In this document: piece after piece, positions 1 to 10,499 of the stretch
Numbering within the stretch: the first letter of the stretch is position 1
How the letters are laid out: each line of letters starts with the position of its first letter
Virus record (IMG/VR): IMGVR_UViG_3300047095_000623
Coordinates: 1 to 59,990 of that record
Direction: 5' to 3' (one strand)
Length of the DNA: 59,990 nucleotides
Source: a virus
Lineage: Duplodnaviria > Caudoviricetes
Position numbers and translations under genes: made by a program
Notes under the pieces: model-generated
What the model was told of the DNA's origin: nothing
The model's database searches: none
Seen by the model: only the letters and a program-made list of their open reading frames with translations

Positions 1-2
1 CA

Positions 3-1331
3 AACGGTGCTTCTAGTGGTGGTATTTTCGGTGCTGGCGTATCTAGTGGTAGTTATACCTCTCAGATGACAAACTCCGATGGCTATGCCGCTGGTGACTC
101 CCGTCTGCCCAAGATCCTCATTCCAATGATTAGACGTACTTTTCCAGAATTAATCTCCAATGAAATCTGCGGTGTCCAGCCGATGGGTGGTCCGGTGGGT
201 CTTGCTTTCGCTTTGCGTTATCAATATCAATCAACTCCTCTGAACGTACAGGACAATGTGGGATCTATTACTGCGGGAGCTGGTAACAGCTATCGCCAAA
301 CTGGATTCACCGGAAACGCAGGCACAACTGCTAATACGTTGTCCTCAGAAATGGGGTATCAACTATTGGACACTCGGTTCACCGGAACTTCTTCAGCAAC
401 CCTAACGGGTCATGCTGAGTGGTATTTCGCTGCACAAGATACGGGTGTGGCACAATTGCTGGCAGACTATGAAGCAACAGGTTTGATTCCTCAAATCGAA
501 ATGAAGTTTGAAAAGACTTCTATCGAAGCTGGAACACGCAGACTTGCCACCAAATGGACTATGGAGTTAGAACAAGACATCAAAAATATGCAAGGTATCG
601 ACATCGACTCCGAGCTGACGAATGCCATGTCTTATGAAATTCAAGCCGAAATTGACCGCGAAGTTGTCATGAGAATGATTCAATCCGCGTTTAACGCTGG
701 TTATGGTGCTGGTATCTCCATCTGGAGTCCAGTAAGTGCCGATGGTCGTTGGACTGCTGAACGTAATTTAACATTCTATCAACGTCTTATCATTGAGGCG
801 GGCCGTATGGCCGCTCGTAACCGCAGAGGTGCCGCTAACTTCGTTATTTGCACACCGCGTGTTTGCTCCATTCTGGAAATGTTACCGGATTTCAAAGTCT
901 TTGAAATCAATGGTACTGTTTCTACCGCTGGAGTTGGTATTGCGAAAGTTGGAACTGTTGGATCTCGATTCACTGTCTATCGTGACACAAGAACGGAAGT
1001 TCAGAATACCAATTATTCCCCGAACTATTATAAGACTGGAACTGATGGCGTTTCATACGGCACCAGTGGTGGATACACCTCTCCGGTTGAATATTGCCTA
1101 ATGGGGTATAAGGGTTCTGAATACTATGACACAGGTATTATCTATTGTCCGTATATTCCGATCATGGTTCAAAGAGCTATCGATCCGGTGAACTTTACGC
1201 CTCGCGTTGGTCTAATGACCAGATACGGGATCGTAACGAACATCTTCGGAAGCGCCCTTTATTACCACATCGTTGTAGTCAAAGGATTGGGCACAGCATT
1301 TACGCCTGGGTCGGTTTCTGTCTACCTGTAA
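3..1331 (+). CDS. gp23: T4-like major capsid protein gp23 (5'-partial; frame open to window start)
   Basis: Motifs LIPMIRR, ICGVQPM, EIQAEIDREV, RRGAANF, YCPYIP, DPVNFTPRVGLMTRYG; no stop upstream of 66 in frame. Confidence 0.97.
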   Translation, partial: NGASSGGIFGAGVSSGSYTSQMTNSDGYAAGDSRLPKILIPMIRRTFPELISNEICGVQPMGGPVGLAFALRYQYQSTPLNVQDNVGSITAGAGNSYRQTGFTGNAGTTANTLSSEMGYQLLDTRFTGTSSATLTGHAEWYFAAQDTGVAQLLADYEATGLIPQIEMKFEKTSIEAGTRRLATKWTMELEQDIKNMQGIDIDSELTNAMSYEIQAEIDREVVMRMIQSAFNAGYGAGISIWSPVSADGRWTAERNLTFYQRLIIEAGRMAARNRRGAANFVICTPRVCSILEMLPDFKVFEINGTVSTAGVGIAKVGTVGSRFTVYRDTRTEVQNTNYSPNYYKTGTDGVSYGTSGGYTSPVEYCLMGYKGSEYYDTGIIYCPYIPIMVQRAIDPVNFTPRVGLMTRYGIVTNIFGSALYYHIVVVKGLGTAFTPGSVSVYL

Positions 1332-1372
1332 CGGTAATAACTCGTTGTAACTAAGCAACTTACGAACAATCT

Positions 1373-1413
1373 GAACCCGCAGGTGCCGAAGACCCTGCGG
1401 GTTCCTCGTTTTT
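1373..1413 (+). terminator. Rho-independent terminator after gp23
   Basis: GAACCCGCAGG...CCTGCGGGTTC hairpin followed by T-rich tail. Confidence 0.8.
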
Positions 1414-1610
1414 ACCCATAAAAATCTATCAATAAAGGGGTCGTGCTTGACATTTTAAGATGTTGTGGTTAAATACTCTCATGACAGAGGAAGACCTTAA
1501 ATCAGTAGATACTTTTGAAAAGTTGTGGGATGAAAAGAAAAAATCAATCTTGGAAACTTTACAGCGTAAAGGAATAGTTGAATAATTCATCATTTTAACT
1601 AAATAATAAC

Positions 1611-2129
1611 ATGGCAACTTATACGTTTACAACCTCCCTTCTTTCAGCGGAAAAAACCGGGAACCCAAATCTTGTTGGGACTACTCTTACTTCCAACGGG
1701 GTAACTATTCTCACTCTTTCTACTAATGATGTCGGGATTGCTTTTAACCCAGTGTCTCCTCTAAGTGCATTCTCTTCTTCACAGATCACCGCGTTTGCCA
1801 CCCCTTCTCTATCTGCGGCAGCTTTAACCGCTGTAGGGTTACTGTCAAGCGGACCTCTATCAGATTTACCCGCCCTAACCGCATCCCGCATAAATGTATT
1901 GGGAACCACTATGCTTATAAACACCGCATACGCTGGTAAAACTTTCGCAGTTATTAAAACTCCTATGGTTAATAGAGTGGTCGCCCCGTTTGTACATTTA
2001 TCATTCGCACAATTATCTGGAGTCAACAGCTTGTCTACTACCTCACTCGCAGTAAGTTCCGTTTCCGCCACTACGACAGACGCTCAAACCTCAGAGACCA
2101 TTAGAAAGCATCTTCTAGGTTACTATTAA
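1611..2129 (+). CDS. Ser/Thr/Ala-rich late protein, possible virion decoration protein
   Basis: ORF near gp23, TAAATA 5 nt before ATG, own terminator. Confidence 0.55.
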   Translation: MATYTFTTSLLSAEKTGNPNLVGTTLTSNGVTILTLSTNDVGIAFNPVSPLSAFSSSQITAFATPSLSAAALTAVGLLSSGPLSDLPALTASRINVLGTTMLINTAYAGKTFAVIKTPMVNRVVAPFVHLSFAQLSGVNSLSTTSLAVSSVSATTTDAQTSETIRKHLLGYY

Positions 2130-2147
2130 TAATCCTTGTTTACACCC

Positions 2148-2181
2148 AAAAAACCCGCTATAGCAATATGGCGGGTTTTTT
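2148..2181 (+). terminator. Rho-independent (bidirectional-type) terminator
   Basis: AAAAAACCCGCTATA-GCAA-TATGGCGGGTTTTTT. Confidence 0.85.
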
Positions 2182-2215
2182 GTTGACAAACGACTCACTA
2201 GAGATAAGTATCCAT

Positions 2216-2806
2216 ATGACTGATATCAATACTAATACTATTCCGGTTGGAGATTTGACAATCAAGGATTTAACCATGCTCGCCCAAGTCCGCAACGTCG
2301 CAGACCAAGAGGTAAGCTATCTGGAAAGTTTAAGCATCTCGGCAAAAGAACGCTATGATATGGATTTAACGAACTCGTATAAAGATTATATTAAGTGTAA
2401 GGACAATCCTTTCTGGAGAGCGTGGGGAATGGATAAAGAAGATTTAATATACGGTAGTAAGATTTTTAACCTTATTATACTCGGATTCAACAAACTCACC
2501 GGACAAACATTCTCCAGCGCAGCGGGATCTTTTGTTTGTGATACCGAGCAAGAGGTAAAACAGTTTTTAAAAACCGAAAGGCCGTTGCTATATTGTATAT
2601 ATAAACAACCGCCTATACCAGCGTGGAATCCTAAAACTTTCGAACCAGACCCATCTGCTGATCCCATTCCCGCCCGTTTTATCGTAAGGCGTCATATTAA
2701 AATCGGTAAGCTATCGTGGTTTAAATATCACCTACAATTTATCCTTCCCAAGCTCCCGTTGAACGAGTACTGGTTCAAGTACTTCTATAGGATGTATCTC
2801 GGTTAA
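2216..2806 (+). CDS. hypothetical protein
   Basis: ORF; ATG 2216 follows a TTGACA promoter-like element. Confidence 0.6.
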   Translation: MTDINTNTIPVGDLTIKDLTMLAQVRNVADQEVSYLESLSISAKERYDMDLTNSYKDYIKCKDNPFWRAWGMDKEDLIYGSKIFNLIILGFNKLTGQTFSSAAGSFVCDTEQEVKQFLKTERPLLYCIYKQPPIPAWNPKTFEPDPSADPIPARFIVRRHIKIGKLSWFKYHLQFILPKLPLNEYWFKYFYRMYLG

Positions 2807-2816
2807 ATAGTTGTAG

Positions 2817-3542
2817 ATGTTTGTACGTGGTTCTGGAACTGGGCAAGAGTATAAAAGGATGGACTCCACCCTCTTCAGAGGGATAGTAGTCAAGAACGAT
2901 GATCCACTTAGACTCAATAGGGTCAAGGTATACATTCCAGAGATTACCAATCAACCGTACGATGGATGGTTTGAAGCGTACGACGCCATCAATGTCAAAG
3001 CGCCCGGAGTCAACAATGAGACCGACAACTGGACAGATGTTAAGATATTCGAGGAAATCGCCAAACTTATTCCATGGGCGGAAATATCTTATCCGGTAAT
3101 GGGAGAATCCGGGTGTTATAGATACTATAACAAGAAAAACGGAGAGATATCAACCATATCCGATTGCAATTATGAAGACGGGTTTCAGATAAACGACATG
3201 GAACCAGTCTCCTTGGCACTTGGTTCTTTCTGTCCTGCGTATATATATGAGAACGTGGAAACCGCAATCGGAGACGCTTTCTCCAATCCGGTAGACAACC
3301 TATCGGTTAAGTGTAACCCGTACGCGTACTCTTATAGACCGTCCAAACACGTCAACAAGTCCAAAGGGATGTTCGGGGTTCCTGAAGTAGGGGCGAAAGT
3401 TTGGGTATATCATTACGACGGAGATATGAACTTCCCCATCGTCACGGGCATATATCATGATTATAGGGAGCTTACCCTGATCAACGATACCGACAACCCG
3501 GAATTGATAGGACCGGAATATCCGTCCAACTTTGAGAATTGA
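2817..3542 (+). CDS. gp5-like baseplate hub, N-terminal OB-fold part
   Basis: FRGIVVKNDDPLRLNRVKVYIP and GMFGVPEVGAKVWV...FPIVTG are gp5/VgrG OB-fold signatures. Confidence 0.8.
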   Translation: MFVRGSGTGQEYKRMDSTLFRGIVVKNDDPLRLNRVKVYIPEITNQPYDGWFEAYDAINVKAPGVNNETDNWTDVKIFEEIAKLIPWAEISYPVMGESGCYRYYNKKNGEISTISDCNYEDGFQINDMEPVSLALGSFCPAYIYENVETAIGDAFSNPVDNLSVKCNPYAYSYRPSKHVNKSKGMFGVPEVGAKVWVYHYDGDMNFPIVTGIYHDYRELTLINDTDNPELIGPEYPSNFEN

Positions 3543-3572
3543 ATAATCCTTTTGCGGTCTTAAATAGGTATA

Positions 3573-5180
3573 ATGGCCATAATCTATAGAAACCGCTTTG
3601 TCCTAAACCAACGTGGGGGTAGCCTCGACATTGATAATACAACTGATAAAGAGAAGATTAAAATCTCCCAACGGAGTGGTAGTAATATATCACTCACAAA
3701 CATGGTCAATTCCGAGCTGGCAACCAACAACAAACAAGTCAACGTGGTCAACGATTCCTTCGAAACTGTAGGAAAAGACAAGACGATTTTAGTAAATAAA
3801 AACCACACCCTTAGAACAGGAGAGAATAGTTATGCTTTAAAAGGGTTTAAGGATAGTATCCAGTTGGAAGCGTTCCAACAGTGGAAGGACGTCTACACGT
3901 ACGTTGCCAATAAAGCCGCACAGTTTAAAATAAAGCGCGGAGGTAGAGGATACCCGAATTGTATCTACGAAACCCCTAAGATTGGAAGCGCAGCCAAGAA
4001 CCCTGTAATAGGAAGTCCCACGGTCACGGTTGAAAATAACTTTTCGGGCTACACTGGCATACCCATACGGGATAACGCCAACGACCAAGTTGCCACATAT
4101 ATAACGGTTCCCGACCATGGAACTACCAAACCCGCATCAAAAAAAGGAGTCTCCCTGAATGATATTGAGGTATCTGCGGGAGCGTCCGGGTCCAAAGCTC
4201 CGGGGGTACTAAGAGGTGCGAAAGAAAGCGCGGCTACAGAAGGAGGATCATGGGATATAAATGACGACACTTACAATCTGGCACAGATATTAAAAGGATT
4301 CCAGACAAACCTTATACCCATTGAGCAGAAGATGGGAGATGGTGGAGACGAGACATACCTAACCAAGCGGCACAAGTTTGAGCAAGTGGGGGCGGTATTT
4401 AACGACTACCCAAGTATTGTAATCGATCCAGTGGGAAGAAGCCAACCGTTTGAAATGCTGGTATCGACCACGGGAGCGTATAAGAACCATGATGCGGTTT
4501 CCCATATAGAGGAAGTGGACAACAGTACCAACTTCCCATGTGGAAATGATGATAAGGTTGCTGGGAACAGGTACTCTCGAATCGTTGGATCTGGAGGTAT
4601 TCAGCTAAAAACCACCGGGAGTATGGAGCTGGGAGGAGCGGTACTAAACGCGGGATTCAAGCGAATCCATCTAAATTCCTCTCACGGCATACAAATAGGA
4701 TCGGAAGAGTTTATTGAACTCCAGTCTATAAAGAGTATCATTCTGCGAACCGAGCGTCAAGTTTACATTGAAAATTCCCTAGGAGTTAAAGGAAATGTGG
4801 TAATCGGAGGGGGCGCGTACGTAGAGGGGGAACTGTATGTAAACCATATAACCGCTCCTCTGGAGGTTCATCAAACAGAGGACACCGTTCTATATGGTAA
4901 GTTTAATACTGAAGTGCCGCGAAGATTGGCTATCGGAGAAGTCTTCTGTGATTACGGCAACGAGGTAAGGTGGAACACCGTGTACGCTCTAGGAACCCAC
5001 AATCTTATTAAGAACTATCCACATAGTCACCACCATAATGGAATACCGATTCGCCTGACTCGTTCCAATGCGGACGTTAGAAACTTCGCTCAAGCGGAGA
5101 ACATAAACGCCCATAATAACGTATCCCCCGCGTTACCGCAACTCCACGAAAAGAAGGTCGGAGAAGCTACCAGTGTTTAA
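3573..5180 (+). CDS. gp5-like tail spike C-terminal part (beta-helix, His cluster)
   Basis: Follows OB-fold gene; EKIKISQRSGSNI, VKGNVVIGGGAYVEGELYV, HSHHH. Confidence 0.6.
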   Translation: MAIIYRNRFVLNQRGGSLDIDNTTDKEKIKISQRSGSNISLTNMVNSELATNNKQVNVVNDSFETVGKDKTILVNKNHTLRTGENSYALKGFKDSIQLEAFQQWKDVYTYVANKAAQFKIKRGGRGYPNCIYETPKIGSAAKNPVIGSPTVTVENNFSGYTGIPIRDNANDQVATYITVPDHGTTKPASKKGVSLNDIEVSAGASGSKAPGVLRGAKESAATEGGSWDINDDTYNLAQILKGFQTNLIPIEQKMGDGGDETYLTKRHKFEQVGAVFNDYPSIVIDPVGRSQPFEMLVSTTGAYKNHDAVSHIEEVDNSTNFPCGNDDKVAGNRYSRIVGSGGIQLKTTGSMELGGAVLNAGFKRIHLNSSHGIQIGSEEFIELQSIKSIILRTERQVYIENSLGVKGNVVIGGGAYVEGELYVNHITAPLEVHQTEDTVLYGKFNTEVPRRLAIGEVFCDYGNEVRWNTVYALGTHNLIKNYPHSHHHNGIPIRLTRSNADVRNFAQAENINAHNNVSPALPQLHEKKVGEATSV

Positions 5181-5233
5181 GAGTTGTGCCAAAGGTCAAG
5201 TCCAGCTTGACCTTTGGCGTATATTACAAACAC

Positions 5234-5887
5234 TTACCGAATCTCATCCACGATTCCATACGCGAGACATTCCGCCGCATCTAAATAGATGTCCTTTTTC
5301 ATCAGCTCGTCCAGTCTTTTCATGGGGATTTTTGTATACTCCTTATAAAAATCCTTCAGGATCTTCATAAGCTTGGTACAGTTTTGTAAATCGTTTTCCA
5401 TTTCGGCAAACGTCCCATACGATTCAGACGATAATTGGTGAATCAGCATGTGACTATACTTACCGATAAACCGTTTATCTCCTACGGAACTTAATAAAGT
5501 CCCTGCGGATGCTACCAGTCCATCCACGTAAGTATACGTCTTAGACCGTAGATTCCTAATAGTATCTACCGTTGAGAAAGCAGGGTATAGTTGTCCTCCC
5601 GGGGTACATATATGTAGATGGATAATAGGAGTAAACGAATCTTCTCCTAAAATGGTTTTAGAATGTTGAAGTTTATTATCAATCTCAACCAAAACTCGAT
5701 TTAATTCTAAACAGGTTTCATCGTCAATATCACCATAAAAGAATATAGTGTTTTCAACTACCCGGATTCCTACGGATATTTGTTGGGGTTGATCCGGCCC
5801 ATTATTTATATAAATGGGAAATTGGCCTGCGATTTTATTATTATCCTCGACTTCCGAAGATAAGCGTTTTTTATGTTTCCAGTGCAT
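5234..5887 (-). CDS. clpP: ClpP-like protease (peptidase S14)
   Basis: IFFYGDID, ICTPGG, GLVASAG (catalytic Ser), MLIHQ (His), DIYLDAAECLAYGIVDEI. Confidence 0.88.
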   Translation of the reverse strand: MHWKHKKRLSSEVEDNNKIAGQFPIYINNGPDQPQQISVGIRVVENTIFFYGDIDDETCLELNRVLVEIDNKLQHSKTILGEDSFTPIIHLHICTPGGQLYPAFSTVDTIRNLRSKTYTYVDGLVASAGTLLSSVGDKRFIGKYSHMLIHQLSSESYGTFAEMENDLQNCTKLMKILKDFYKEYTKIPMKRLDELMKKDIYLDAAECLAYGIVDEIR

Positions 5888-5898
5888 ATAATTATGTG

Positions 5899-8800
5899 TT
5901 ACCGTAATGGACAAGCCCCTCCCGCACATTCCAATCCGTCCAATACTTCACTACTAATATTTAAGTGAAGCCGCACAGGTTTCAATCTTTTGATGAGTGA
6001 AAGGTAGGTCTTCTCGTCGATTTCCTCATAAGGAGCTTGTTTAAACCCATGATTGGAATGTAAAAGGAAACTGAGAGTTTTACATTTGGTCTCATAATTC
6101 TCTTTCATCCATTCCTGAATCCCTTCTAATTCATCAGTACTGTAGTAAATTGTTACCGAAACCGAGTTGTCGGACCAAACCGTTTGTAATTTATTGACAA
6201 GTTCCAATTGCTGGATTGCGGTCATATCGGCGGATAGAATGGCGTCATCACCGACCTGACAAGGAAACTCCACGGCGAAGGTGGAATAATCCTCTGACCC
6301 GTCGAATCGAACCACATACTCCATTTTATATCCAGCGTCTTTACAAACCTGAACCAACGGGTCGGAACTACCTATACGTATTCGTCTTATATAGAATCTG
6401 GAATACGCAGGGTGTCCACCGGGAGTCGCGCCCGCCAATAAAGAAGCCGTACCACTAGGTTTGACCGTAGTCAACTTAATACTGGTGGGCCATCCTCTTT
6501 GTTGACTCCAGTCCTTGTCGAGCTGGACAAGTTTTTTATAACATTCGTCCAGCCACTCCAGTTTAGGTATGGACTGACAAACGCCCGTAACGCCTAGTCC
6601 GATGCGCCGATTCTTCTTACCTATTTTATCGGTTTTCTCGTATAAAGCGGGGAGAGTCCAAACTGCCTTTTGTGTTTTATATAAGAGACGGGCGCAATCA
6701 AACAATTCTTCTTCGTCGTTTATATTGTTTAAATATATCTCGCAAAGATTACATGGCTCTCCATCAGCTAGAGTAATTTCCCCACACGGATTTATTCCGT
6801 CGCAGTTGTCAGGTTTTTCCTCCCCCAATCTTCCAACAGATCTACACAAAGGAAGATTCATAAACCCATACGCCTCCCCTTTAGCTTTTCCGGTTTTTTT
6901 ATCTAACACGTATCCATTGTTCCAAACGTCATCTGATATGTGAGAATATTCGTCCGCGTTAATGGTGTTGTTGGACTTATCCCGCCAATTCGGAATCTTT
7001 CCATCTGCCCAATTCTTGGCTTTTATGAAAAGATAATCGTCTGGATCACCTACAGCTATTTGAGCGGAATTATGAGTCAAGTAACCATTCGCAAAAAACT
7101 CATGCACGTCTTCTACCTCAATGTCGTAAGTTTCTACCTGAGAATTGCCCATTTGGACTTCTAATACTTCAACTGGACATAGTGTGGGGGTTATTCCAGA
7201 GTATCTTTCATATCTATCTATGGTGACTTGTTCGTTTGAATACGCCCCAAGTTCTCTTTTTCCATGAACAAGCCAACTACTTGGGTATCCATTGGAATAA
7301 TTCGTTTTACTTGAAATACGAATATCCTTTTCCAGCATTTCACAGTTTATAACTTGGTTTTTTGAATGATTGGTTATCAACACGACATGGTATAATTTTT
7401 GCCATCCTAGTCTTGACGGGGTGTTTTCACTACCCTCGTTTAATCTAGATTCTATTCCGCATGAATATAATAACGCTTGTATTTCCTTCGCAAAATTTTC
7501 ATAGACGGTAGTTACTACATGTACAGGTCTATTATTTGCAGCTCCATCACCGTCCATTACCCCACACACAAAAGCCAAACGAATCTTATGATTCGCCCGC
7601 AGTATATATTCTGGGACTGTAAGCGGAACGTTGGCTTGTTTTAGATTTTTGTCTAGATACCACGCTATTTGTTTTGATTGACAACTAACCATCCATGAGT
7701 TTTCATTTTTCCTATGTTTTAATACCACATTGACCAACCCGAATCTTTCCAGTTGTTGTTTCGCTCTTTCTGCGATGGAGTATTCGTTTTCGTTAAAAAC
7801 CAAAGAGACACACGCGTTGAACCCGTTATTATCATAATTCGGGTAAGTATACCCGTCAGCCTGAAAAATACCTAAAAACCACGCCATGTCAGAGTCTAGT
7901 TCTGGTACTATAATATCCTGACAAGTGGTAGAATGTTTACTTTTCTCATATTTCCACTCTGGAAGATATGTTTGAATCCCGGTGCAAATATTTCTAGAAG
8001 TCCCCAGTCGGTCTCCCGCTTTCAAGTTTTGGGCCTCCACCCATTCATATTCACCCCCCAAGTTTTTCAAAACCGCCATTTTATGGTTGGGGGTACATTC
8101 AAAACTTCCGTCCTGAGTTTTAATAAAAATGGTGTTCTGTTTTCCTTGATAGAAATTGTTGAGTACTTTTTTATACCCGTCTACAGTAAGAACTCGATCT
8201 CCGACTTTAATATTTTTAATACGTTGTAATCCTTCGTCGGTGTGAACTAGCGTATATTCTGGGAGACACCTTCGTACGTTACCAGCTACCACGATGGACC
8301 CGATAAGATTGTTGATGTCCAGCACATCAACAGAACGCAGTTTTTTACCCTCTCTCCCCCGGAATACGGTGAAGATGGATTCCAGCCCTTCTATAAGAAT
8401 CTGCGGCCCGCTTGAAGTCCCTCCGAATCCTTTTATCGGTTCCCCAAGCCCGCGTACCAGTATAGTGGAATACGTAAACGATTTTCCCGTAACAAAATAA
8501 GAATTCAAAACCTTCCTTAATAGTTCCACCCAACCCTGCCGAGAATCGGGTACGATAAAATCCGCGTCCTTGGACAGTATATGAGTGATAGTCACCCCTT
8601 TTTTAATTTTGGGAAGCTCATGGATATCCTCCCGTTTGACGGAAAATCCAACGCCCCCTCCCAACATAAGATGTTCAAACAGAAAGCAGAAGTCTTCCAG
8701 CTCCCGCATGGAGACCCACCAACACGCCAACAGGCTTGCCAGCCCGAAACGATCTACGGTAGAAGTCCCCAGCTGCCAGAGCATCCTACCACCAAAGGTG

Positions 8801-9084
8801 CATTTTAAATTGAATACTAGATCGTATAATCGTTCCGCTTCCTCCTGTGTATATTCCGCTCCTATTTTTTGCGCTCCATTGATACATCGGGCGACGGTCT
8901 GCCACCATTCTTCAGTGGTGTCCGCATTGATCATTCTGGAGTACGTACGTTTATATACAATGTATCCAAGACCGTTAAAACCCCAATTGGGTTGTCGGTA
9001 CATGTATTTGGTTAGGAATGGTTCGGTTAGTAAAGTGCTGAAACAGTATGTTTCGTTGTATGTTGGTAAATCTTGTGTTCCCAT
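5899..9084 (-). CDS. nrdJ: Class II (B12-dependent) ribonucleotide reductase with intein; start uncertain (9084 or 9123)
   Basis: YKRTYSR, GRMLWQLG, LMLGGGVGF, VVAGNVRR/SAQ, NPCGEI, TTVKPSGT, C-terminal ECAGGACPLR. Confidence 0.95.
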   Translation of the reverse strand: MGTQDLPTYNETYCFSTLLTEPFLTKYMYRQPNWGFNGLGYIVYKRTYSRMINADTTEEWWQTVARCINGAQKIGAEYTQEEAERLYDLVFNLKCTFGGRMLWQLGTSTVDRFGLASLLACWWVSMRELEDFCFLFEHLMLGGGVGFSVKREDIHELPKIKKGVTITHILSKDADFIVPDSRQGWVELLRKVLNSYFVTGKSFTYSTILVRGLGEPIKGFGGTSSGPQILIEGLESIFTVFRGREGKKLRSVDVLDINNLIGSIVVAGNVRRCLPEYTLVHTDEGLQRIKNIKVGDRVLTVDGYKKVLNNFYQGKQNTIFIKTQDGSFECTPNHKMAVLKNLGGEYEWVEAQNLKAGDRLGTSRNICTGIQTYLPEWKYEKSKHSTTCQDIIVPELDSDMAWFLGIFQADGYTYPNYDNNGFNACVSLVFNENEYSIAERAKQQLERFGLVNVVLKHRKNENSWMVSCQSKQIAWYLDKNLKQANVPLTVPEYILRANHKIRLAFVCGVMDGDGAANNRPVHVVTTVYENFAKEIQALLYSCGIESRLNEGSENTPSRLGWQKLYHVVLITNHSKNQVINCEMLEKDIRISSKTNYSNGYPSSWLVHGKRELGAYSNEQVTIDRYERYSGITPTLCPVEVLEVQMGNSQVETYDIEVEDVHEFFANGYLTHNSAQIAVGDPDDYLFIKAKNWADGKIPNWRDKSNNTINADEYSHISDDVWNNGYVLDKKTGKAKGEAYGFMNLPLCRSVGRLGEEKPDNCDGINPCGEITLADGEPCNLCEIYLNNINDEEELFDCARLLYKTQKAVWTLPALYEKTDKIGKKNRRIGLGVTGVCQSIPKLEWLDECYKKLVQLDKDWSQQRGWPTSIKLTTVKPSGTASLLAGATPGGHPAYSRFYIRRIRIGSSDPLVQVCKDAGYKMEYVVRFDGSEDYSTFAVEFPCQVGDDAILSADMTAIQQLELVNKLQTVWSDNSVSVTIYYSTDELEGIQEWMKENYETKCKTLSFLLHSNHGFKQAPYEEIDEKTYLSLIKRLKPVRLHLNISSEVLDGLECAGGACPLR
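7069..8268 (-). mobile_element. 400-aa intein with LAGLIDADG homing endonuclease
   Basis: Starts CLPEYTLVHT, ends FFANGYLTHN followed by Ser; TPNHK block B; WFLGIFQADG and FVCGVMDGDG motifs. Confidence 0.95.
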
Positions 9085-9238
9085 AATTAAAGTTGCGTGC
9101 TGACGATAAAACGATAGTAGCATGTCCGCGCCTAAAGTCAACCTTGTTGCTGGATTATTTACCCGGAAATTGGTCAGGTGGACCACTCTTGGAAAGTTTC
9201 ATCGCCATGATAAATACCGTATCTCGTTAAATATGTAC

Positions 9239-9676
9239 ATGAAATACAAGGGTCTGGAAAAGGCGTATGAAGAAGTTCTGGAAGAGACGTGGAATGGGCT
9301 GTCTATGAATCTACCGCCAGTCAAGGGCGGGCGGGAAACGCCCTCTGAGACCGCTATGGGACTCGCTTATAGACGCGGATTCAATATCGACAATGGAAGT
9401 CTCTACAACCAAAATGCGGCCAATGGACAGCAACCATACGAGCAAGAAGAAGCACCCATACCGCAAAGACTGACCGACGAGCAGCGTCGTATAGTTCAAC
9501 AAAGATACGCCCGCTATAAGTCTATAATGGATGATCCATGGAGAAACGATTTCCATGATGACGAGCAAGCGGAAGACGAATGGAGATGGAATAATATGGT
9601 AGAAGAAATTATGGCCCAAATGCCTCCCAACGTTACCGAGGATATGGTAGAGCTAGAGCTTGAGAGATGTAGCTAA
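9239..9676 (+). CDS. hypothetical late protein
   Basis: TAAATA-N5-ATG; acidic ORF. Confidence 0.6.
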   Translation: MKYKGLEKAYEEVLEETWNGLSMNLPPVKGGRETPSETAMGLAYRRGFNIDNGSLYNQNAANGQQPYEQEEAPIPQRLTDEQRRIVQQRYARYKSIMDDPWRNDFHDDEQAEDEWRWNNMVEEIMAQMPPNVTEDMVELELERCS

Positions 9677-9688
9677 AGGTACGATATT

Positions 9689-10453
9689 ATGAACTTTATA
9701 AAAGACATTGGTGTGTTGTATGAGAGTTTCGTGATAAACGAAATCGCGGGGGCGATCAATTATTGGTTACACCCGGACGGCGAATTGGTAAAAGTCGCAG
9801 ATCATATGAGCTATGTGATCGACAATTTAAACTATGGGTACTCATGGAACACAAAGAGGCTGGACGTTGACGGGGTGTATGAATCCGCGTACAATGACGG
9901 TTATATCCGAGTAGTAGAAGATCACGCCAATGTTTATTTCACTTATAAGGCTAGCAAACATCCTTCCAAACAACAGTTTAAAACGTTGTATGATCTAGCG
10001 ATGGATAAGGGAAAGAATCTAGTAGATGGAGAAACTGGCAAGGTTATTGTAACGAACAATGAAGCCGAATCAGACACCGTAAGTTCGAATCGGAACGAGA
10101 AGCTGGACAGTATGGACAGGGATATACAACCATCCTTTTATAAGGTTCGTAAAAAATGGGCGGAATCTTATGAACAAAAGTTTCTAAAGGATTACACCAA
10201 ACTTATTTACGAATATAATATAAAAGAACCAGAACCGGATTATAGACAACGCATGGTGGACGACGCGATTGAAGATATCCAAAAAGCGAAAGCCAAAAAC
10301 ATGTCGAATAACCCGTTCTATTCGTTAGAAAGCAAACTGACTTTCTGGAAAGGATTTTTATCAGAAAACGGGTTCTCTGATAAACAGGTACAAAGAATAA
10401 TATCATACGCTTTATATGATCGAAAAGACCAGAACCCCCTAGGGGAATCGTAG
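9689..10453 (+). CDS. hypothetical protein, (Y/F)W..P/K.G..H..G(W/Y)(I/V)R family
   Basis: YWLHPDGELVKVADH...GYIRV resembles 14776 and 27522 ORFs. Confidence 0.65.
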   Translation: MNFIKDIGVLYESFVINEIAGAINYWLHPDGELVKVADHMSYVIDNLNYGYSWNTKRLDVDGVYESAYNDGYIRVVEDHANVYFTYKASKHPSKQQFKTLYDLAMDKGKNLVDGETGKVIVTNNEAESDTVSSNRNEKLDSMDRDIQPSFYKVRKKWAESYEQKFLKDYTKLIYEYNIKEPEPDYRQRMVDDAIEDIQKAKAKNMSNNPFYSLESKLTFWKGFLSENGFSDKQVQRIISYALYDRKDQNPLGES

Positions 10454-10499
10454 ATTGTTTAGGGTTGACAAATCCCCCAAGGCGTGATACTGTCGTTGC

